Assembly (NCBI GenBank): GCA_905235375.1
Contig: CAJOLH010000004.1
Coordinates: forward strand, 2,133-66,132
Length of the DNA stretch: 64,000 nucleotides
DNA from: an uncultured Bacteroidales bacterium
GTDB lineage: Bacteria; Bacteroidota; Bacteroidia; Bacteroidales; UBA3663
Reading direction: 5' to 3'
In this document: piece by piece, positions 18,321 through 26,347 of the stretch
Position numbering within the stretch: the first letter of the stretch is position 1
Layout: the number at the start of each line of letters is the position of its first letter
Translations under genes and position numbers: made by a program
The notes under the pieces: model-generated
What the model was told of the DNA's origin: nothing
What the model saw: the letters and a program-made list of their open reading frames with translations, nothing else
Database searches by the model: none

Positions 18321-20591
18321 ATGAAGAAAACAATATGGGGATTGGCCCTGATGCTGGGCTTGGCAAGCTGTTCGGGCAACAAGTCGGGAAGCGAGATGGA
18401 TGCGTTCATCAATGACCTGATGGGCAAGATGACCCTCGAAGAGAAGTTAGGCCAACTGAATCTGCCTGTGACCGGTGACATCGTGACCGGAGCTGCACAG
18501 TCGAGCAATGTGGCCGAGAACATCCGTGCAGGACGCGTAGGCGGACTCTTCAACCTGAAGGGTGCCGACCGTGTGGCTGAACTGCAGCGGATTGCCGTCG
18601 AAGAAAGCCGACTCGGAATACCTTTGATCTTCGGCATGGACGTAATACATGGCTATGAGACCGTCTTTCCCATCCCGCTGGGACTTTCGTGCACCTGGGA
18701 CATGGATGCAGTGGAGCGTTCGGCACAGATAGCTGCACAGGAAGCCACGGCTGATGGCATCTGCTGGACCTACAGCCCCATGGTAGATATCTGCCACGAT
18801 GCACGCTGGGGCCGCATCTCGGAAGGCAACGGCGAGGATCCCTACCTCGGCAGCCGCATTGCCGAAGCGATGGTGCGCGGCTATCAGCAGGGCGACCTCG
18901 CAAGTGCCAACACCATGATGGCATGCGTGAAGCACTTTGCCCTCTATGGAGCACCCGAGGCAGGTCGTGACTACAATACCGTCGATATGAGCCTCTGGCG
19001 AATGTATAACGAATACTTCCCGCCCTACAAGGCCGCCTGCGAAGCTGGTGCAGGGAGCTACATGGCCAGCTTCAACATCGTCAACGGCGTACCGGCAACA
19101 GGCAACCGCTGGCTCCTGACCGACGTGCTGCGCAAGCAGTGGGGCTTCGATGGCTTCGTGGTGAGCGACTACACAGGCATCTACGAGATGATCGCCCACG
19201 GCATGGGCGACCTCAAGGAGGTGAGTGCCCTGGCCCTGCACGCAGGACTCGACATGGACATGGTGAGCGATGGCCTGGTAGGCACGCTTGCCGAGAGCCT
19301 CAAGGAGGGACGTACCTCACAGGCAGATATCGACCAGGCTTGCCGCCGCATCCTTGAGGCGAAATACAAGCTGGGACTCTTCGATGACCCATACCGCTAC
19401 TGTGACACCACACGTTATGCCAACGAGGTCTATACCGAAGAGAATCGTCGTGAGGCACGCAGGATTGCCAGCGAGAGCTTTGTGCTGCTGAAGAACGAGG
19501 GCGACATCCTTCCCCTGAAGCGTCAGGGCAAGATTGCCCTCATCGGACCTTTGGCCAACACCCGTGCCAACATGCCAGGCACCTGGAGCGTAGCTGCCAC
19601 CAGCGAGCGCTACAGCACCGTGGTAGAAGGACTGCGGCGTGCCGTGGGTGACAAGGCACAGGTGCTCTATGCCAAGGGCTGCAACCTGATGTACGATGCA
19701 AAGGCAGAAGCCGATGCCACCATGTTCGGACGTGAGATGCGCGACAGCCGCAGTGATGCAGCCATGCGTGCAGAAGCACTGGCCATTGCGCGTCAGGCCA
19801 ACGTCATCGTCTTTGCCGGCGGTGAGGCTTCGGAGATGGCTGGCGAATGTTCAAGCCGTGTGGGCTTAGAGATGCCCGATGCACAGCATGACCTCCTCGT
19901 TGAACTCGTGAAGCTCGGCAAACCCATCGTGCTGCTCAACTTCTCGGGTCGTCCGATGATCCTGAACTGGGAAACCGAGCACATCCCTGCCATCCTTGAG
20001 GTATGGTTCGGTGGCAGTGAGGCAGCCGATGCCATTGCCGATGTCGTCTTCGGCGATGTAGTTCCTTCGGGCAAACTCACCACGAGCTTCCCACGCCACG
20101 TGGGCCAGTTGCCGATGAGCTACAGCCACTACAACACGGGACGTCCCGTGCAGGCCGATGCGTTCGTGAAGTTCCAGAGCTGCTACATGGACGTGAGCAA
20201 CAAACCGCTCTATCCCTTCGGCTACGGGCTGAGCTACACCACCTTCAGCTATTCGCCTGTCACCTTGAGCAGCAACGAGCTGACGAATGACGGCAAGATC
20301 GAGGCCAAGGTGACCGTGAGCAACACCGGCTCATGCACCGGCACCGAAGTCGTACAGCTTTATATCCGCGACCTCGTGGGCAGCGTGACCCGACCGGTGA
20401 AGGAGCTCAAGGGCTTCCAGCGCATTACCCTGAAGGAGGGCGAGAGCTGCAACGTAAGCTTCACCATCGATGCCGACTTGCTGAAGTTCTACAATGGCGA
20501 CCTCGAATACGTTTGCGAACCGGGCGAGTTTGAAGTGATGATCGGCACCAACAGCGCCGATGTGCAAAGTGCAAAGTTTGCGTTGAAGTGA
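18321..20591 (+). CDS. GH3 beta-glucosidase (BglX-like) lipoprotein
   Basis: MKKTIWGLALMLGLASCSG signal. GH3 hallmarks: KHFALYG, GFDGFVVSDY (nucleophile Asp context), and a C-terminal fibronectin-like domain (VVQLYIRD...PVKELKGF). Confidence 0.9.
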   Translation: MKKTIWGLALMLGLASCSGNKSGSEMDAFINDLMGKMTLEEKLGQLNLPVTGDIVTGAAQSSNVAENIRAGRVGGLFNLKGADRVAELQRIAVEESRLGIPLIFGMDVIHGYETVFPIPLGLSCTWDMDAVERSAQIAAQEATADGICWTYSPMVDICHDARWGRISEGNGEDPYLGSRIAEAMVRGYQQGDLASANTMMACVKHFALYGAPEAGRDYNTVDMSLWRMYNEYFPPYKAACEAGAGSYMASFNIVNGVPATGNRWLLTDVLRKQWGFDGFVVSDYTGIYEMIAHGMGDLKEVSALALHAGLDMDMVSDGLVGTLAESLKEGRTSQADIDQACRRILEAKYKLGLFDDPYRYCDTTRYANEVYTEENRREARRIASESFVLLKNEGDILPLKRQGKIALIGPLANTRANMPGTWSVAATSERYSTVVEGLRRAVGDKAQVLYAKGCNLMYDAKAEADATMFGREMRDSRSDAAMRAEALAIARQANVIVFAGGEASEMAGECSSRVGLEMPDAQHDLLVELVKLGKPIVLLNFSGRPMILNWETEHIPAILEVWFGGSEAADAIADVVFGDVVPSGKLTTSFPRHVGQLPMSYSHYNTGRPVQADAFVKFQSCYMDVSNKPLYPFGYGLSYTTFSYSPVTLSSNELTNDGKIEAKVTVSNTGSCTGTEVVQLYIRDLVGSVTRPVKELKGFQRITLKEGESCNVSFTIDADLLKFYNGDLEYVCEPGEFEVMIGTNSADVQSAKFALK

Positions 20592-20608
20592 CGCGGGAAT
20601 ATTATTAA

Positions 20609-20786
20609 AAAGCATCGCCAGAAAAGCCTTCAGGCTCGATGCTGGACGTAAGAACTCTACGGATTTTCTCGGATTTACCGGATTTTCTGCTTGAACCGAC
20701 TTAACAGAAATCCGATGAATCTGGAAAATCCGTAGAGTTTTTAACGTTAATGACCGTATAATGGGCCGTTAATTACCATTAATACT
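20609..20786 (+). repeat. F element copy 2 (hairpin 20655..20737 + T-run)
   Basis: Follows the GH3 stop. CTCTACGGATTTTC...GAAAATCCGTAGAG then TTTTT. Confidence 0.85.
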
Positions 20787-20864
20787 GTTAAATCGATGTA
20801 TTTGTGGGTGATTGTTATGGTTTGATTAAACCTGAGAGCGAAAAGAGAGTCTATAAAGGCGGAT

Positions 20865-23831
20865 ATGAAGATTTATCAATCGTTCCCATTGGGACGCAGA
20901 TTGTTACTCCTCTGCTTCATCCTGCTTGGGTGGAGCAGTTGTGTAGTGTCGTATGCGTTCAACATCACTGGACGCGTGGCTTCGGCGACCGATGACACAC
21001 CTTTGGCAGGGGCTACCATTCGACTGCTGACACTTCCCGACTCGACCTTCATAGTGGGCACGTTTGCTGACCGAGAAGGCAACTTCATCCTACACTCATC
21101 GCGATTGGACGGGATGCTCAGAGGAAGAAAGGCACAACAGCGCGTACTGGTACACTTCACCTACGTGGGTTTCCAGGAGACGCTGAAGACGTTCACGCTG
21201 AATCACCGGCAAAAGGCATTCGCGCTGGGCGACGTGTTTATGCAAGAGGAGCATCGCCTGTTGGGCGAAACCGTCGTTTCAGCCACTCCTCCACCGATGG
21301 TGATTCGAGAGGATACCATCGAATACTACGCCAGCAGCTACCAGCTGGAACCCGATGCCACCGCTGAAGACCTGCTGAAGCGTCTCGCCGGCATAGAAGT
21401 CAGTGCCGACGGAAGCATCACCGCACAAGGCGAGACGGTGACGAAGGTCTATGTGGATGGCAAGGAGTTCTTTGGTTCGAACATCCAGGCTACGACGAAG
21501 AACCTCACAGCCGATATGTTCGAATCGGTGCAAGTGGTGGACATGAAGACCGAGGAGAGCCGTCTCACGGGCATCGACAACGGTGAACGCGAGAAGGTAA
21601 TCAACTTCAAGCTGAAGCCGAAGATGCGACGCGGATACTTCGGCAATGCAGCAGGCGCTTGGGGAGACGGCAGCGGCATTGACGAGCGCTTCGAGACCAA
21701 AGGTATGTTGGGATACTTCAGAGGCAACAACCAGAACGCGCTGGTGGCGAATGCGAACAACACCAACAACACGGGCTTCGGCGACATGGGTGAAAGGGTG
21801 ATGCGCAACTCGTCGATGCGCGGCAACCGTAACAGCGGACGACGCGGTGACGGACTGAACACCTCGTGGAGCACGGGACTCAACATCAACTACGACAAGG
21901 GCAACCGACTGCGCGACGAGAACACACCCTTTGCCATCGGCGGCGACGTACTCTACGGTGGAGAGAAACAGAGCGAGCAGTCGTCGTCGCACCGCATCAA
22001 CTACCTGAAGTCGGGAAATACCGGCACAGACACCGAACAAACGGGTGACAACAAGGGACAGAACGTGCAGCTCGACTTCAAGTTCGAAAAGACTTGGGGC
22101 AAAGTGGCCGACGGCGAGCACCGGCTGCAAATCAATCCCGAACTGGCCTTCAACAAGACAGAGACCGACGAACATTCGACAAGCCGAAACTACCACCTCG
22201 ACCCAGATGCAGAGGATGAAATCACAGCTGACCCCACGACCTACATCAGCCAGACCCAGCGTGCAAGCAACATGAAGCAGCAGGGTGTGACCTATGACAT
22301 TGCGCTTACCTATTCGTATGCCAAGAAGACCTCACGAGGCAGACGACGCAGCAGCATACGTGTCAGTCTGAACGGCAGGTACAACGACGGTGACCACTAC
22401 ACACAATCGTTCACCAGTTACGACAGCCTGCTCGTCGATAACCCGAGCCTTTTGAACGACACCACCATCAACCAATGGCAGGAGGAGCGCCAGAACTCCT
22501 TGACGTATCGCCTGCGCCTGACCCATGTGGAACCCATTGCCGAACATCACTTCATCGAAATGGGCGCGACGGGCAGTTTCACACACAACAGTCATCGCCA
22601 GCTCTACCACTTCTGGGACAATCAGCGCGAGCAGTACGCCGACACAGTCAACGGACGTTCGAACATCGACTACAGCACCGACTCGCGCACGCAGCAGAAC
22701 AGCTACACGCTGTCGGCCAGCTATCGCTACGTCACTGAGCGCGTCAACGCTTCGTTGGGCATGGATCTACTTCCCAACACCCAGGACTACACCGATTATT
22801 ACGACCGCACACGCGACTATAGCCGTTCGTACATGAACCTTGCGCCACGTTTGGAATACCGCTACAACTGGAACCGCAGGAAGAACCTGCGCATCACGCT
22901 GAACGGCAGGACGACGCAGCCTTCGATCAACCAACTGCAAGCCCGCAAGAACCAGACATCGGCTACCCACGTGACTTTGGGTAACCAAGACCTGGAACCC
23001 TCCTACCAGACCAATATGCAGATACGCTATCGTGCCAACAGCAGAGAGACGGGTCGTACGCTGGAGGCTTCGGTCAACGCCAGCGCCCAATTCAACACCT
23101 TGGCATCCAAGCGCTGGTACAGCGCCGACCTCCGCACGGACACGACGATGACGGTGAACCTCGACGGACTGGGCGCATGGAACGTGCAGGGCGAATTCCG
23201 GGGTTCGTTCCCCTTTGCCGACAACCACTGGTATGTAACCACGCAGACCACCTTAGGCTACAGGGAGAGCGTGGGATATGCCAACCTGAAGAGCACCGAC
23301 ACACAAGTGAACCATATACACAACATTACGGCAAGCGAACTTGCGGGTATCGCTTACCGTAACGACAAGCTCAACGTGGAGCTGCTTGGAAATTACAACC
23401 TCGGGTACAGCGAGGCGACAATAGTCACGTCGGGGAACTTAGGAACGACCCACCAGTTCGGCGTGCGGAGCAACATCAGTGCCCGTCTGCCATGGAACCT
23501 GAGTTGTTCGACCAACATCGCCTACACCGGACGACGCGGATATTCGGCAGGCTTGACACGCAACCAGACCATCTGGGACGCGCAGCTCTCGCGTGCATTC
23601 CTGAAGCGCAAGAACCTCTCGGCCTTCGTGAAGGTGTTCGACATCCTGCATCAGAAGACCAGCATCTGGCGCACCATCTCAGCCACGTCAATCACCGACC
23701 GTGAAAGCACGACACTCAAGCAATATTTCCTCGTGGGATGCAGCGTGAGGTTCAATCAGCGGGGCGGTCGAGGTCAAGGAGGTCGCGGAGGACAAGATGG
23801 ACGGGGTATGCGTGAACGCCGTCAGGAATAG
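20865..23831 (+). CDS. TonB-dependent-receptor-like outer-membrane beta-barrel protein with CarboxypepD_reg N-domain and Arg/Gly-rich C-tail
   Basis: 988 aa. N-terminal NITGRVASATDDTPLAGATIRL, plug-like segment (TVVSATPP...IEVSADGSITAQGETVTKVYVDGKEF), and a long beta-rich body. The terminal strand ...LVGCSVRF is followed by NQRGGRGQGGRGGQDGRGMRERRQE. There is no SusD partner. Confidence 0.7.
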   Translation: MKIYQSFPLGRRLLLLCFILLGWSSCVVSYAFNITGRVASATDDTPLAGATIRLLTLPDSTFIVGTFADREGNFILHSSRLDGMLRGRKAQQRVLVHFTYVGFQETLKTFTLNHRQKAFALGDVFMQEEHRLLGETVVSATPPPMVIREDTIEYYASSYQLEPDATAEDLLKRLAGIEVSADGSITAQGETVTKVYVDGKEFFGSNIQATTKNLTADMFESVQVVDMKTEESRLTGIDNGEREKVINFKLKPKMRRGYFGNAAGAWGDGSGIDERFETKGMLGYFRGNNQNALVANANNTNNTGFGDMGERVMRNSSMRGNRNSGRRGDGLNTSWSTGLNINYDKGNRLRDENTPFAIGGDVLYGGEKQSEQSSSHRINYLKSGNTGTDTEQTGDNKGQNVQLDFKFEKTWGKVADGEHRLQINPELAFNKTETDEHSTSRNYHLDPDAEDEITADPTTYISQTQRASNMKQQGVTYDIALTYSYAKKTSRGRRRSSIRVSLNGRYNDGDHYTQSFTSYDSLLVDNPSLLNDTTINQWQEERQNSLTYRLRLTHVEPIAEHHFIEMGATGSFTHNSHRQLYHFWDNQREQYADTVNGRSNIDYSTDSRTQQNSYTLSASYRYVTERVNASLGMDLLPNTQDYTDYYDRTRDYSRSYMNLAPRLEYRYNWNRRKNLRITLNGRTTQPSINQLQARKNQTSATHVTLGNQDLEPSYQTNMQIRYRANSRETGRTLEASVNASAQFNTLASKRWYSADLRTDTTMTVNLDGLGAWNVQGEFRGSFPFADNHWYVTTQTTLGYRESVGYANLKSTDTQVNHIHNITASELAGIAYRNDKLNVELLGNYNLGYSEATIVTSGNLGTTHQFGVRSNISARLPWNLSCSTNIAYTGRRGYSAGLTRNQTIWDAQLSRAFLKRKNLSAFVKVFDILHQKTSIWRTISATSITDRESTTLKQYFLVGCSVRFNQRGGRGQGGRGGQDGRGMRERRQE

Positions 23832-23838
23832 CTTTTAT

Positions 23839-23994
23839 CTTATCACGAATTAGAGAATTTGAGAATTAATAATAACTCTACGAATTAATCGGATTAAACG
23901 GACATTTATCGTCGAGACGAACAAATAATCTGTTAAATCCGATTAATTCGTAGAGAGTTCAAAAAAATCGCTAATTCGATAATTCGCGATAAAA
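23839..23994. repeat. nested word hairpins between the convergent TBDR and PPIase genes
   Basis: Outer arms are 23839-23868 and 23971-23994. Inner arms are 23876-23902 and 23929-23955, with 20 bp perfect (CTCTACGAATTAATCGGATT). Confidence 0.85.
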
Positions 23995-24019
23995 GAAAAC
24001 TCGGGATAAGATTAAGATA

Positions 24020-24763
24020 TTATTCTTCGAGAACAGAAATCTGCATCGTGATGTCCTCGACGGGACGGTCACCAGGCTGGGTCTTGACAAGCTGAATCTT
24101 ATCGACAACATCCAGTCCCTCTTCGACTTCGCCAAAGACGGTGTAGTTCTGATCGAGGAAGGGCGTGCCACCGATGGTGGTATAGACCTCACGCTGCTCG
24201 GCACTGTATTTGGGTTCGCCCTGTTCCTTGGCCAGCGCGTAGGTCTTTTTCTGCAGCTCTTCCTGCAAAGCCATCAGTCCTGCATTGTCGCGATTCTTGC
24301 GCAGTTCGATGATGCGGTTGCGGTTCTCGACCACAAGGTCATTGAAGATGTTCTGCAACTGCTGCTGAGCCAGCTGACGCTCAAGCTGGGTAAGTTTTCC
24401 GGCACTGTAAATCTCGCCAGTGACGATATAGAACTGACTGCCGCTGGAACGCTTCTCAGGATTGACCTCATCGCCCTGACGGGCGGCTGCCAACGCTCCC
24501 TTCTTGTGTATCAGCGCCTGATTGAACTCGGCAGGGATGGTATAGTCGGGACCACCGGCACCGAGATGTGCAGTGGGTGAGGCACCACGAGAATCGGGAT
24601 CGCCACCCTGAACCATGAAATTCTTGATGACACGATGGAAAAGCGTTCCATTGTAATAGCCTTCACGAGCCAACTTGAGGAAGTTATCGCGATGAAGGGG
24701 TGTCTCGTCGTAGAGACGCACGGTGATGTCACCGAGACTTGTCTTGATTAATACTTTTGACAT
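24020..24763 (-). CDS. cyclophilin-type peptidyl-prolyl cis-trans isomerase with internal helical insertion
   Basis: FHRVIKNFMVQGGDP and GSQFYIV motifs. A roughly 70-aa insertion (KLTQLERQLAQQQLQNIF...) precedes the C-terminal FGEVEEGLDVVDKI. Confidence 0.9.
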   Translation of the reverse strand: MSKVLIKTSLGDITVRLYDETPLHRDNFLKLAREGYYNGTLFHRVIKNFMVQGGDPDSRGASPTAHLGAGGPDYTIPAEFNQALIHKKGALAAARQGDEVNPEKRSSGSQFYIVTGEIYSAGKLTQLERQLAQQQLQNIFNDLVVENRNRIIELRKNRDNAGLMALQEELQKKTYALAKEQGEPKYSAEQREVYTTIGGTPFLDQNYTVFGEVEEGLDVVDKIQLVKTQPGDRPVEDITMQISVLEE

Positions 24764-24987
24764 GTTATGGGGTTATGAGGGGTTGTGCAAACCATTGCAT
24801 TTGCAATAGTCAGATGGCAATAATATGTTTTTCAACATATTTTTCCTATAAATATGAAGTTTTCTATCGAATAATTTGCTCAAAAGACCAAAAACCCATA
24901 TCTTTGCATCGTGTTTTTCATGGTATTAGATTTTAAGGTTAATGCAAAGGGTCGTTGTGAAACGCCCCTTTCGCATTTTTAAACCCT

Positions 24988-26265
24988 TTATTCGTACTCG
25001 AACACTCCGTTTTCAGTATGGAGCGTGACCTTGGCACCCTCGGAACGTGCTTCGACGTGACCGATAATCTGCGCATCGATGTTGAAGCTGTGGGCAATGT
25101 CGATGACCTCCTGGGCATATTCGGCAGGCAGATAGACTTCGAGCCGATGGCCCATGTTGAACACCTTATACATCTCGGACCAATCGGTAGCCGACTGCTC
25201 GTGAATGGTGCGGAACAGCGGCGGGATGGGGAAGAGATGATCCTTGATGACGTGCAGATTCTGGATGAAGTGGAGCACCTTGGTCTGTGCGCCTCCCGAG
25301 CAGTGTACCATGCCGTGGAGGATGGAGTTCAAAGAGTTTGAGGGGTTCGAGGGGTTCGAGAGGTTTGAGGGGTTCGAGGGGTTTGAGGGGTTTGAGGGGT
25401 TCGAGGGGTTTGAGAGGTTTGAGAGGTGAGAGCGGAACACATCGAGCATCTTCTTGACCACTGGGGCATAGGTGCGCGTGGGACTGAGCACGAGCTTTCC
25501 GGCATCGAGAGGACTGCCCTCCACCGGGTCAGTGAGACGAAGCTGTCCGCTATAGACGAGCGATTCGGGCACTGCATGATCGTAAGACTCTGGATATTTC
25601 CCGGCAAGATACTTGGCGAAGACATCATGACGAGCCGAGGTCAGACCGTTGGAACCCATGCCTCCGTTGTATTCCTTCTCGTAGGTGGCTTGTCCGAAAC
25701 TTGCGAGGCCGACGATGACGTCTCCAGCAGCGATGTTGGCATTGTCGATGACGTCAGAGCGCTTCATGCGACAGGTGACCGTGGAATCGACGATGATGGT
25801 GCGAGCCAAGTCACCGATGTCGGCAGTCTCTCCACCTGTTCCATAGACACCGATTCCCATCTCACGCAGTTCTGCCATCAGTTCGTCGTTGCCATTGATG
25901 ATGGCGCTGATGACTTCGCCCGGGATGAGCATCTTGTTGCGCCCAATGGTCGATGAGACAAGGATGTTATCAACAGCACCCACACAGATGAGGTCGTCGA
26001 TATTCATGATGAGAGAATCCTGTGCAATGCCCTTCCAGACGGAGAGGTCGCCTGTCTCCTTCCAATACATGTAGGCCAAAGACGTCTTTGTGCCTGCACC
26101 ATCGGCATGCATGATGTTACAATAGTCGGGATCGCCTCCGAGGATGTCGGGAATGATTTTGCAGAAAGCCTGTGGATAGAGGCCCTTGTCGATGTGCTTG
26201 ATGGCGTTGTGCACATCTTCCTTGCTGGCACTTACGCCGCGCATCATATATCTTTGGTCAGCCAT
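24988..26265 (-). CDS. purM: AIR synthase-related protein (Bacteroidota-type phosphoribosylformylglycinamidine cyclo-ligase) carrying a 36-aa (SNP)n insertion
   Basis: The ATG at 26265 gives MADQRYMMRGVSASKEDVH. PurM-like DGAGTK and GMVHCSGGAQTK regions. Codons 25325..25432 are a 9-bp tandem repeat translated as LSNLSNPSNPSNPSNPSNPSNLSNPSNPSNSLN. Confidence 0.75.
   Translation of the reverse strand: MADQRYMMRGVSASKEDVHNAIKHIDKGLYPQAFCKIIPDILGGDPDYCNIMHADGAGTKTSLAYMYWKETGDLSVWKGIAQDSLIMNIDDLICVGAVDNILVSSTIGRNKMLIPGEVISAIINGNDELMAELREMGIGVYGTGGETADIGDLARTIIVDSTVTCRMKRSDVIDNANIAAGDVIVGLASFGQATYEKEYNGGMGSNGLTSARHDVFAKYLAGKYPESYDHAVPESLVYSGQLRLTDPVEGSPLDAGKLVLSPTRTYAPVVKKMLDVFRSHLSNLSNPSNPSNPSNPSNPSNLSNPSNPSNSLNSILHGMVHCSGGAQTKVLHFIQNLHVIKDHLFPIPPLFRTIHEQSATDWSEMYKVFNMGHRLEVYLPAEYAQEVIDIAHSFNIDAQIIGHVEARSEGAKVTLHTENGVFEYE
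25325..25432 (-). repeat. 12 tandem 9-bp units (GRGGTTYGAG-type) inside purM
   Basis: Read directly from the sequence. The units are GGGTTCGAG, GGGTTTGAG and AGGTTTGAG. Confidence 0.95.
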
Positions 26266-26347
26266 AGAATTACGTTTTAGCGGGTGCAAAGATAGTGATA
26301 AAAAACGAACTCACCAAATTTTACCCCTTTTTTCTTACTTTTACCAG

